From Spirochaetia bacterium (lineage in GTDB: Bacteria; Spirochaetota; Spirochaetia; CAKZLE01), in contig OY782041.1 in the NCBI GenBank assembly GCA_963677595.1, forward strand, positions 3,072,001 through 3,136,000: a stretch of 64,000 nucleotides of DNA, in the 5' to 3' direction. The notes below the pieces were generated by a model that saw only the letters and a program-made list of their open reading frames with translations, did no database searches and was not told where the DNA came from. Below are positions 50,968-60,497 of the stretch, piece after piece; positions within the stretch are counted from its first letter, which is position 1; every line of letters starts with the position of its first letter. The translations under genes and the position numbers were made by a program.

Positions 50968-51525
50968 ATGCCTTTTACCGTAAAAGAGACTCCAATCAAA
51001 GATCTGATAATTATCGAACCGAAGGTGTTCAGTGATGAGAGAGGTTGGTTCATGGAGAGTTATAAGTATAGTGATTTCAAATCAATCGGGATAAATGTTG
51101 ATTTTATGCAAGATAATCACTCATACTCAAAGAAACATGTTTTACGCGGTTTACATTATCAGTTAGCACCTTATGCACAAGGAAAGCTTGTCAGGGTTGT
51201 CAGCGGAGTTGTCTGGGATGTTGCTGTAGATTTGAGAAAAGATTCTCCTACGTATAAAAAATGGGTAGGAGTAGTTTTATCAGACAATAACAATTATATG
51301 TTTTGGATACCTGAAGGTTTTGCGCACGGATTTGTTGCCTTAACTGATAAAGTACAATTCCTATATAAAACAACAAATGAATATATTAAAGAAGTAGAAC
51401 GTGCAATACGATGGGATGATCCCGATATTGCAGTTGAGTGGCCAGTAAAGAAACCTATTGTATCAGATAAAGATAAGGGTAATCCTTTGTTTTCAGAAAT
51501 ACCAGAGATTGACAGATTGTTATAG
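50968..51525 (+). CDS. rmlC: dTDP-4-dehydrorhamnose 3,5-epimerase
   Basis: DERGWF, QDNHSYS, LRGLHYQ, DVAVDLR, GFAHGF. Confidence 0.96.
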   Translation: MPFTVKETPIKDLIIIEPKVFSDERGWFMESYKYSDFKSIGINVDFMQDNHSYSKKHVLRGLHYQLAPYAQGKLVRVVSGVVWDVAVDLRKDSPTYKKWVGVVLSDNNNYMFWIPEGFAHGFVALTDKVQFLYKTTNEYIKEVERAIRWDDPDIAVEWPVKKPIVSDKDKGNPLFSEIPEIDRLL

Positions 51526-51534
51526 GAGAGTGAA

Positions 51535-52605
51535 ATGAAAAGGAAATTACATAACATTCTTGTTACTGGTGGTGCCGGATTCATTGGTGTGAATTTTATT
51601 AAGTATCTTTTCAAGCAAGAAGATTTTATAGGCAGAGTAATTAACCTTGATGCTTTAACTTATGCAGGTAATGCATTCAGTTTGGATGATATCCAAATAT
51701 CATATCCTAATAGATATATGTTTGTGCATGGGAGTGTCTGCGATGAAGAGCTTGTGCGGACAACACTTACTGCCTATGAAATTGATACTATTGTTCATTT
51801 TGCTGCTGAATCACATGTAGATAGATCAATACTTGGTCCTAGAACGTTCATTGAAACAAATATTTGGGGAACCTTCACATTACTCGAAGAATCCAGGAAA
51901 TATTGGAATGGACGAGAGGATGTGCTGTTTCATCATATCAGTACAGATGAGGTTTTTGGGTCATTAGGTGAGGGAGGATTCTTTAGGGAAGATACATCCT
52001 ATGATCCGAGAAGCCCCTATTCTGCTTCAAAAGCATCGAGTGATCATCTGGTACGAGCATATTTCCATACCTATGGATTACCGGTGACTCTTTCAAACTG
52101 TACAAATAATTATGGTCCTTACCAATTCCCTGAGAAATTGCTTCCTGTGATGATTGAGAATATGCTTAACAAGAAAGCTCTTCCTGTGTATGGTGACGGG
52201 AAGAATATCAGGGACTGGCTATATGTAGAGGATCATGCTTCTGCGATCTGGTTGATTCTCAATCAAGGGGGGGGGGGTGAGTCATATAATGTCGGGGGGG
52301 AGAATGAGTGGCAGAATATCACTCTGTTAAAAGAGCTCTGTTCTATTGTGGCAGATAAGATTAATGAACCAGTTGAGGAGTATCTATCTCTTATTACTTA
52401 TGTAAAAGACCGCCCTGGGCATGATAGACGATATGCTATTGATTGTAAAAAGATTAAAAAAGAACTCAACTGGAGCCAATCAGTAACATTCAAAGAAGGT
52501 TTAGAAATGACAGTAGATTGGTATTTAGGAAATAGGGAATGGATTGAACAGATAAAGAGTGGCGAGTATTCGTCTTGGATAGTGAAGAATTATGAGAACA
52601 GATAA
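51535..52605 (+). CDS. rmlB: dTDP-glucose 4,6-dehydratase
   Basis: VTGGAGFIG, HFAAESHVDRSI, HISTDEV, YSASK, DRPGHDRRYAID. Confidence 0.96.
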   Translation: MKRKLHNILVTGGAGFIGVNFIKYLFKQEDFIGRVINLDALTYAGNAFSLDDIQISYPNRYMFVHGSVCDEELVRTTLTAYEIDTIVHFAAESHVDRSILGPRTFIETNIWGTFTLLEESRKYWNGREDVLFHHISTDEVFGSLGEGGFFREDTSYDPRSPYSASKASSDHLVRAYFHTYGLPVTLSNCTNNYGPYQFPEKLLPVMIENMLNKKALPVYGDGKNIRDWLYVEDHASAIWLILNQGGGGESYNVGGENEWQNITLLKELCSIVADKINEPVEEYLSLITYVKDRPGHDRRYAIDCKKIKKELNWSQSVTFKEGLEMTVDWYLGNREWIEQIKSGEYSSWIVKNYENR

Positions 52606-53446
52606 TCCAAACATATGGGTCGTTGGTGCCAAAGGTATGCTTGGCCATGAAGTGACTGACATCCTTGATGAAAAACGGATTCAATATCTTGCTACAGACA
52701 TTGATTGTGATATAACAGATTTATCAGTATTAGAATCATATATAAGTGGTAAAGAATTCACCCATATTATTAACTGTGCGGCTTATACTGCAGTTGATCA
52801 AGCCGAAGATGATGAAGATCAAGCATTTTTATTAAATGCAGTAGGACCGAAAAATCTTGCCTTAGCAGCAAAAAAAAATAATATAATTCTTATTCATGTA
52901 TCAACTGATTATGTTTTTGATGGAAAAAACCCCAAGGGTTATAACCCAAATGACCCAGTCAACCCTATATCGGCATATGGTCGGACAAAGGCTTCTGGGG
53001 AGAAATTCATTCAAGAGATTTTGGATAAATTCTATATTGTTAGAACATCATGGTTGTATGGGAAATATGGTAAGAATTTTGTTGTTACAATGTTAAATTT
53101 GATGAATGAAAGAGACACCATCTCTGTAGTTAATGATCAACATGGTGCGCCAACCTATGCTGTAGATCTTGCTAAATACCTTATTTCCTTAGTTTTTTTA
53201 GATATTAATTTTGGGATATATCATTTTACTAATATTGGGGAAATAACATGGTATGACTTTGCATGTAGTATTTATGATTTAGGAGAAGCAATTGGATTAA
53301 TTCATAATAAATGTTCAATTATACCTATTAGTTCAAGTGACTTTAACAGTAAAGCGAGTAGGCCAATCTATTCATATTTGTTAAACGAAAAGAATAATGG
53401 AAAGAAATGGAGCTATAGTTTAAAAAAAATGTTACAATCTTTATAA
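52592..53446 (+). CDS. rmlD: dTDP-4-dehydrorhamnose reductase
   Basis: GAKGMLG, NCAAYTAVD.AE, STDYVFDG, YGRTK. Confidence 0.94.
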   Translation: MRTDNPNIWVVGAKGMLGHEVTDILDEKRIQYLATDIDCDITDLSVLESYISGKEFTHIINCAAYTAVDQAEDDEDQAFLLNAVGPKNLALAAKKNNIILIHVSTDYVFDGKNPKGYNPNDPVNPISAYGRTKASGEKFIQEILDKFYIVRTSWLYGKYGKNFVVTMLNLMNERDTISVVNDQHGAPTYAVDLAKYLISLVFLDINFGIYHFTNIGEITWYDFACSIYDLGEAIGLIHNKCSIIPISSSDFNSKASRPIYSYLLNEKNNGKKWSYSLKKMLQSL

Positions 53447-53467
53447 AATTAGGAAAGGAGTTAAAGC

Positions 53468-54193
53468 ATGAAGATAATTGGAGTTATACCTGCACGATAT
53501 CAATCGTCAAGATTTGAAGGGAAACCTTTAGCGGATATTTGTGGCAAACCAATGATTTGGTGGGTTTATAACCAAGCTAAAAAAGTTGATGATTTTAGTG
53601 AAGTTTATATTGCTACTGATGATGATCGGATAAAAAACACTTGTGAGCAATATAAAATGAATGTCATAATGACTTCTAGTGAACATCCAACGGGGACGGA
53701 TAGAGTTGGTGAAGTTGCTAGAAAAATTCCTGCTGATTTATATGTAAACATTCAAGGGGATGAACCATTAATTGAGCCAGAGACTATAAAGAAGGCAATA
53801 GAACCTTTCTATACAAATTCAGATCTTAAAATATCAAATCTTATGACTGAAATAAAAGACCCTGTTGATGTTATAAATTTTACTGTTCCAAAGGTGATAA
53901 CAAATAGAGATGGGATTGGTATCTTCTTAACTCGAAGTGCAGCTCCATATCCTAAGGGTAAAATAGATTATCGGTTTTTTAAACAGGTATGTATTTATGG
54001 ATTTACACCTGACACTTTAGAATTTTATTGTAAATCTCCAAGAGGTGCTGTAGAAAGTATAGAGGACATAGAAATTTTACGGTTTATTGAAAATGGTTAT
54101 AAGGTACAATTTATTGAAGTACTTTCTGATACCGTGGCAGTAGATACAAAAAAGGATTTAGAAAAAGTAATCAATATAATAAGAAGTCGATAA
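53468..54193 (+). CDS. CMP-ulosonate synthetase (KdsB/KpsU-like cytidylyltransferase)
   Basis: IPARYQSSRFEGKPL, TGTDR, NIQGDEP, E.IE.LR, VDT..DL. Confidence 0.9.
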   Translation: MKIIGVIPARYQSSRFEGKPLADICGKPMIWWVYNQAKKVDDFSEVYIATDDDRIKNTCEQYKMNVIMTSSEHPTGTDRVGEVARKIPADLYVNIQGDEPLIEPETIKKAIEPFYTNSDLKISNLMTEIKDPVDVINFTVPKVITNRDGIGIFLTRSAAPYPKGKIDYRFFKQVCIYGFTPDTLEFYCKSPRGAVESIEDIEILRFIENGYKVQFIEVLSDTVAVDTKKDLEKVINIIRSR

Positions 54194-54224
54194 TAAATAA
54201 TTTTGTTATTTTTGGAGATATTTC

Positions 54225-55820
54225 GTGAATAAAATCAAGATATTAGATTGTACACTTCGAGATGGCGGTTATATTAACAATTGGGAATTCGGGGAACTGA
54301 ATATTCAAAAATTAATTACAAATTTAATCAAATCAGATATAGATATCATCGAGTGTGGATTTATCACAAATAAAGATACGAATAAGCATCAATCTCTATA
54401 TAATCATATTGAAGACGTTAAAGAGTACTATAAGCAAAACCATATCAGAAAATCATTATTGGTTTGTATGATTAATTATGGGGATTATGATATAGAAAAT
54501 TTACCCGAATATAATAAATCTTTGATAGATGGGATTAGAGTGGCTTTTCATAAAAGAGATAAAGCTGATGCTTTGCAATTATGTAAAGCAATTAAAAAGA
54601 AAGGCTATAAACTTTTCATGCAGCCAATGGTTTCTGTGTCATATACGGATGAAGAATTTGTTTCTTTAATTAAGGAAGCTAATGATATTAATCCTTATGC
54701 TTTTTATATTGTTGATAGTTTTGGTGTTATGAAAAGAAATGATTTGCTTAGATTTTTCTATTTGGTAGATCATAATTTATTAAAAAATATTCTTATTGGT
54801 TATCATTCACACAATAATATTCAAATGGCATATGCAAACGCTCAAACTTTAGTAGATATTAAGACCAAACGCAAAATAATAATTGATTCAAGTATTTTTG
54901 GAATGGGTAGGGGTGCTGGTAATTTAAATACAGAACTTTTTCTTGAATATTTAAACGAAAATAATGTAGCAAATTATGATATAATACCGATTTTAAAAGT
55001 AATTGACGATATAATAAACCCAATATATTTTTCAAATTATTGGGGGTATTCATTACCACATTATATCTCAGCAAAATATAATTGTCATCCCAATTATGCA
55101 ACCTATCTTAACGGAAAAAACACGTTAACGATTGAAAATATTAATGATATTTTAAGTAATATTAATGAAAATATGAGGAATACTTTTAATCAAGTATATA
55201 TAGAGGAACTATATGAACAGTTTCAGATTTCCTCAAATGATATGTTATTTACAACTAAGAAAATTGAAAACATTTTTAAAAGTAAATCAGTATTGATAAT
55301 TGCTCCAGGTAGTAGTATTAACTCTGAAAGACAAACTATTAAAGATTTCCAAGAGAGGAATAATAATAACTTAATAACAATTGCAATTAATTTCCACCCA
55401 GAATTGATATCCTGTGATTATATTTTTTATAGTAATAATAAGAGATTCGAGAATAGAAATATTACAGATGATTCTGAAATAAAATTGATTGTAGCATCAA
55501 ATATTAAGAATGTATTTGGTGAAGAATTTATTGTAGATTATTCCAAACTTACAAATGAAATTGCTTGTGTAGAAGATAATGCAGGTTTAATGCTAATAAA
55601 ATTACTTATGGATTTAAAAGTAAAAAGTATTTACTTAGCAGGTTTGGATGGTTATAGCGATGATATTTTTAAAGATTATGCAAACCCAAATTTGGCATTT
55701 GTTAAGATGAAAGCTGATGCGTTAGCCATGAATGAAGGACTACAGAAAAAATTAAAGGAATATTCAAACACAATCACTATAAAAATGGTAACTAAACCCA
55801 GAAAAATAGAAATTTCATAA
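54225..55820 (+). CDS. HMGL-like (DRE-TIM) aldolase-domain protein with C-terminal extension
   Basis: LDCTLRDGGY, VDSFG, GYHSHNN, GMGRGAGNLNTE; C-terminal IIAPGSS...LAGLDGY domain. Confidence 0.85.
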   Translation: MNKIKILDCTLRDGGYINNWEFGELNIQKLITNLIKSDIDIIECGFITNKDTNKHQSLYNHIEDVKEYYKQNHIRKSLLVCMINYGDYDIENLPEYNKSLIDGIRVAFHKRDKADALQLCKAIKKKGYKLFMQPMVSVSYTDEEFVSLIKEANDINPYAFYIVDSFGVMKRNDLLRFFYLVDHNLLKNILIGYHSHNNIQMAYANAQTLVDIKTKRKIIIDSSIFGMGRGAGNLNTELFLEYLNENNVANYDIIPILKVIDDIINPIYFSNYWGYSLPHYISAKYNCHPNYATYLNGKNTLTIENINDILSNINENMRNTFNQVYIEELYEQFQISSNDMLFTTKKIENIFKSKSVLIIAPGSSINSERQTIKDFQERNNNNLITIAINFHPELISCDYIFYSNNKRFENRNITDDSEIKLIVASNIKNVFGEEFIVDYSKLTNEIACVEDNAGLMLIKLLMDLKVKSIYLAGLDGYSDDIFKDYANPNLAFVKMKADALAMNEGLQKKLKEYSNTITIKMVTKPRKIEIS

Positions 55821-55832
55821 TAAAGTAAAATT

Positions 55833-56870
55833 ATGAGGAGTCTGCAATTGATAAAAACTTTATGTTTTGGTGAGATAATGGGAAGATTTTCCCCCATTGG
55901 CTACAAAAAAATAATTCAATCTAATAGTTTTGAGTTATCTTTTGCCGGTAGTGAAGCTAATGTTGCTGTTTCATTAGCAAACTATGGTGTTGACTCTGGA
56001 TTTGTTACAAAAATCCCTGACAATGATCTTGGTTTGATGATCAAAAGAAGCCTAAGAAGTTATAATGTTAATATTGAGCATATTGTAACTGGTGGTTCTC
56101 GGTTAGGTATGTATTATGTCGAAAAAGGAGTATCCCAAAGACCGTCAAAAGTAATTTATGATAGGGGGGATAGTGCAATATCTTTGGCAAATACATCGGA
56201 CTTCAATTGGGAAAAAATATTAGATAATATTAATTTATTCCATACAACAGGAATTACATTAGCTCTTTCTGATAATTGTGCAGAAATTGTAGAGTCCGCA
56301 TTTAGAGTTTGTAAAAATAAGGGGATAAGAATTTCTTGTGACCTAAATTATCGTTATAAATTATGGACACCCGAAAAGGCTTATAAGATTATGTCTAAAC
56401 TGATGAAATATGTAGATATATGCATTTGTAATGAAGAGGATGCAGAGAAGGTGCTAGACATCAAAGCAGAATCGTCAGAGATTTCTAAGGGGAAGATTAA
56501 TAGAGATGACTATATACAAGTAGCAAAAACAATTCAACAAAAGTATGGATGTGAAACAGTTGCAATCACATTAAGAGAAAGTTTTTCTGCAAGTATTAAT
56601 GGGTGGTCTGCATTACTTTATAAAGATGGGAAAAGTTTTTTTTCAAAGGAATATAGGATTCATATAGTTGATCGTGTTGGAGGTGGGGATAGTTTTGTTG
56701 GGGGCTTGTTATATGCCTTAGAAATGATCCCAGATTCTCAGCAACAAATTGAGTTTGCAACGGCTGCAAGTTGTCTCAAGCAAACAATAGAAGGAGACTT
56801 TAATCAAGTAAATATTGTAGACGTGCAGCACTTAATGAATGGTGATGGGTCAGGTAGAGTTAATAGATAA
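55833..56870 (+). CDS. PfkB family sugar kinase (2-keto-3-deoxygluconate kinase-like)
   Basis: FGEIMGR, GSEANVA, DLNYR.KLW, DRVGGGDSF. Confidence 0.9.
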   Translation: MRSLQLIKTLCFGEIMGRFSPIGYKKIIQSNSFELSFAGSEANVAVSLANYGVDSGFVTKIPDNDLGLMIKRSLRSYNVNIEHIVTGGSRLGMYYVEKGVSQRPSKVIYDRGDSAISLANTSDFNWEKILDNINLFHTTGITLALSDNCAEIVESAFRVCKNKGIRISCDLNYRYKLWTPEKAYKIMSKLMKYVDICICNEEDAEKVLDIKAESSEISKGKINRDDYIQVAKTIQQKYGCETVAITLRESFSASINGWSALLYKDGKSFFSKEYRIHIVDRVGGGDSFVGGLLYALEMIPDSQQQIEFATAASCLKQTIEGDFNQVNIVDVQHLMNGDGSGRVNR

Positions 56871-56904
56871 CAGTATTTAAATAATCTGTATTCTGTGCAG
56901 ATGT

Positions 56905-56936
56905 GAGGGGGGGCGGATTCGCCCTCCTTTTCTTTT
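56905..56936 (+). terminator. Intrinsic terminator ending the polysaccharide locus
   Basis: GGGGGGCG-GATT-CGCCCTCC stem followed by TTTTCTTTT. Confidence 0.7.
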
Positions 56937-57701
56937 GGAGTTAAATAGTAATATTGTTAACAATAACAATAAGAAGAAAGAGAAAGTCCCATTTTCTTTC
57001 AAGTTTCTTGGTATGACGAGTCATGTGTGGTGACTAACCACACATGTTTGATGAGTGGGACCCTTCACACACCTGCCCGGGATGTGGATAGCCTAACTTG
57101 ATATTTTTTTGATAGTACCGCATTAAGAAGAGTACTCGTGATATGATAGTCAGGAAAGAACCTTCCATAGCTGATGCGAACATCTTATTGGAAACTGCCG
57201 TCGGTAAACCCGTAAGCTTTTCATAAGGGGAGTGTTGCCTGGTGAAAGACCCGTTGGGAAGTCCTTGTATTATCGACTTCCTGAAAAGGTGACAGGTTCA
57301 TAATCGGGTTCATAACCTTCGTTTTGTCGGGAAGTATGAGTGCAAGGAATCGGTGCCCCCGTAACAATCACTGATGAAGCTGCTCATACCATTTACCTGC
57401 TTCCTGTATCAACCAATGGGACAGCCTTTCGAATGCCCCTAACCGACTCAAACGTTCTCAAATCTGTAATTCTCCTATCGTGCGTTCGTTCTGAAAAGTG
57501 AGTTATGTTGATGAAGGCTATTTCATAATATGTTATAATTTGGGGTAGAATTCGAATTATACATAACCTGATAGAGATTCTAAAAGAAATCCGTTACTAT
57601 AGATTAGATAAAAGGGAAGCTTTACCGTGAGTAACCCAGTTGGTTTCAAAGTGAATGGATGAATCAGACCTGTAAGAGATAGAATAGGAGGGAGTGCCAT
57701 A

Positions 57702-60497
57702 GTGGATCAATGGAATATCTTGGGGAGTCGATGGTGGAAGTTCGATTTTCATACGCATACTCCTAAGTCCGATGATTATGGAAGAGGCAATGGGTCCTTG
57801 AAGGGAATCTCTCCTGAGACATGGCTCCAAAATGCTATGGAATCAGGACTAGACTGTGTTGTTATCAGTGACCATAACTCGGGAGACTGGATTGATGAAT
57901 TGAAAAGCGCGAATAGTACATTGCATGATTCTGATAAGAAACCCGAATGGTACAGGGATCTCACAATTTTCCCGGGTGTCGAGATCACTATAGCCGATAG
58001 CAGTCGTCGAGTTCATCTTCTGGCTGTCTTCGATCCTGCCTGCGATAGGAATAAGGTGTCAGGGGTTCTGGGGGCCTGTGGAATCACATCGAGGTTTGGT
58101 GATGATAAGAGTATAGCCACAACCACAAGTTTTGGCGATACTATCAAGATAATAATTCAAGAAGGAGGTTTGCCCATCCCTGCTCATATCGATGGGAAAA
58201 AGGGACTGCTTGAAGGAATATCTACACTCTCACCTGAAACGAAGAATAGCATTGATGCTGTTTCGGCAGCGGAATTCTGCAATCTCAATGCATACGATAA
58301 AGCTGATGCCTCTTTGCGAAAGAAAGTAGACAAACTCGCAAAATTGGCAGGTTCCGATGCCCATACTCCCGATGAGATAGGGCGCTACTTCAGTTGGGTT
58401 AAGATGAGTTCTCCTACCCTTGAGGGGTTGAGACTGGCGCTTCAGGATTACGAGTTCTGCGTTTACAATGGGTCAGAATCTCCTGAGCAACTCCCCGGTA
58501 CATACCTGATGAGTCTCATGATCAGGAATATGAAATATTGTGGACGAGTTTCTGGTAAACCCTTCCATATCTCATTTCATCCTCATTTCAATGCTCTTAT
58601 TGGCGGCCGAGGCACTGGGAAATCCACCATAATTGAATCTATACGGATAGCTTCACGGCAAGACCGTAACCTTGCTGTAGAATCCCCTAGGATCAAAGAT
58701 GAACTGGATAAGTTCATGAAGACATCACATAAAGAAGGGGTCATGCTGAATGACACTGAAATAATCTTGGAAATCCATCGTCGTGGAAAGAAGTATCGAC
58801 TCTTCTGGAGATTCACCGGACAAGGTAATGTGCTTGAAGAGGAGATCTCGGGCTTGTGGAAGACAGTAGACCCCGGCGATATTGTTGAACGATTCCCGCT
58901 CAGTATCTTTAGTCAGAAACAGATCAATGAGCTGGCGTCGAATTCGCGTGGACTCTTGGAGATAATCGACCGTTCTCAGAGGGTTAATCGATCCGAATGG
59001 GATGCCAAGTGGGAACAGGAGAAAAGCCGGTTCCTTCAACTGAGTGAGAGAAAGAGGGAATTGTCACGACAGCTGGCTGGAGAGAAAAATCTACGTATAA
59101 GACTTAAGGACGTCGAACATGATCTGAAGCAATATGAGGTTCATGGGCATGGTGAGATACTCAAGAAGTATCAGAAGTATAGTCAGCAGAAGAACTCATT
59201 GCCCGACGATCACATATTCAATTATCTTTCGTCAGGTATCCGGGACCTCGCTTCTGCTGCAGAATTCTCAGATTTCCCAACCCATCTTTTTGATGAGAAC
59301 GATGAGGCAACCGAGGAAATCCGATTGATTCACGAACAAGCATCCAAGGCACTGCAGAGCATCAGTACTGCACTGGGTAACCTTGCGGAAGATGTTGATG
59401 TTCTTAAAGCGAAAAGAGCCGAGAATATGTCTTCAAGTAGATGGTATCATGCAGGGCAGGATAGTATCAGTGCGTATGAAAGCCTTGTGAGGGAATATGA
59501 AGAGAAAAACAGTCGCATAAGTCTTTCTCTGTATGGGGAATGGGTCCAACAGCGTAATCAACTGCAGCAGCAGTTGAACCGGCTGGACTCTGTCCGTGAG
59601 GATGATACATCAACAGGGATTCAGATTGAGGAATCTTTGACAAGACTACAGAGCCTTCGTGGTGAACTGCTCGAAAGGAGGAGAAACTTTCTTAACGAGG
59701 TTATAGGAAGTAATCCATACGTGCGCATGGAACTGATTCAGTATGGAGATTTGAGCTCTTTAGAAGAGGAATACCGAGACCTCCTCTATCTTGAATCCGG
59801 GAAATTTGAGAGTTCGGTGTTTGACAGAGATAACCAACAGGGATTACTCTGGCCATTGAAGAACTGGGAGGACCTTGGGAAACCCGATACATCTCTCCCC
59901 CAGCTTATTTCCGAAATCAAGATCACTACCCTTAATATCGCCAACAGGGTCAGTACTGCAAACCATGGAGCCTTTGCCAATCGCCTGGAAAAGGTGCTTG
60001 AGACACAACCAGCAGTTTTTGATCAGCTTAAAGCTTGGTGGCCTGAGGATCTTCTCAGGGTCAGGTATTCAAAGGATACCTCTTCGGGAAAGTTCGAAGA
60101 TTTGGAGAAAGGTTCTGCCGGGCAGAAAGCAGCGGCAATTCTGGCATTTCTTCTCAGTTATGGTGATGAGCCGTTGATTATAGATCAACCAGAAGATGAC
60201 CTTGATAACGCATTGATCTATGACCTGATAGTTTCGCAGATTAAAGAAAACAAGAAAAGGCGGCAGCTAGTCATCGTAACCCATAACCCGAACATCGTTG
60301 TGAACGGAGATTCTGAACTGGTACATGTCTTGAAATATGATAGAGGCCAGGTGCAGATTGACTTGCAGGGTGGGCTGGAAGAAACTGGTGTCAGAGAGTC
60401 CATATGCAACATTATGGAGGGCGGACAAGAAGCCTTCGATAAGCGTTATGCACGAATAAGAACTGAGAGGTACAATGATGTTCGAAACAACAGCTGA
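57702..60497 (+). CDS. PHP phosphoesterase + ABC/SMC-like ATPase fusion (Ppl/TrlF-like, probable anti-phage protein)
   Basis: PHP motifs DFHTHT, SDHN, GVEI, PAHID, GSDAH; Walker A GGRGTGKST; coiled coil; SAGQK, IIDQPEDDLD, VTHN. Confidence 0.88.
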   Translation: MDQWNILGSRWWKFDFHTHTPKSDDYGRGNGSLKGISPETWLQNAMESGLDCVVISDHNSGDWIDELKSANSTLHDSDKKPEWYRDLTIFPGVEITIADSSRRVHLLAVFDPACDRNKVSGVLGACGITSRFGDDKSIATTTSFGDTIKIIIQEGGLPIPAHIDGKKGLLEGISTLSPETKNSIDAVSAAEFCNLNAYDKADASLRKKVDKLAKLAGSDAHTPDEIGRYFSWVKMSSPTLEGLRLALQDYEFCVYNGSESPEQLPGTYLMSLMIRNMKYCGRVSGKPFHISFHPHFNALIGGRGTGKSTIIESIRIASRQDRNLAVESPRIKDELDKFMKTSHKEGVMLNDTEIILEIHRRGKKYRLFWRFTGQGNVLEEEISGLWKTVDPGDIVERFPLSIFSQKQINELASNSRGLLEIIDRSQRVNRSEWDAKWEQEKSRFLQLSERKRELSRQLAGEKNLRIRLKDVEHDLKQYEVHGHGEILKKYQKYSQQKNSLPDDHIFNYLSSGIRDLASAAEFSDFPTHLFDENDEATEEIRLIHEQASKALQSISTALGNLAEDVDVLKAKRAENMSSSRWYHAGQDSISAYESLVREYEEKNSRISLSLYGEWVQQRNQLQQQLNRLDSVREDDTSTGIQIEESLTRLQSLRGELLERRRNFLNEVIGSNPYVRMELIQYGDLSSLEEEYRDLLYLESGKFESSVFDRDNQQGLLWPLKNWEDLGKPDTSLPQLISEIKITTLNIANRVSTANHGAFANRLEKVLETQPAVFDQLKAWWPEDLLRVRYSKDTSSGKFEDLEKGSAGQKAAAILAFLLSYGDEPLIIDQPEDDLDNALIYDLIVSQIKENKKRRQLVIVTHNPNIVVNGDSELVHVLKYDRGQVQIDLQGGLEETGVRESICNIMEGGQEAFDKRYARIRTERYNDVRNNS

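Noticed and set aside
57000-57480. Moderately GC-rich segment that may be a decayed gene on the minus strand
   Set aside because: All frames examined have stops and no recognisable motif; cannot be assigned without a translated search.
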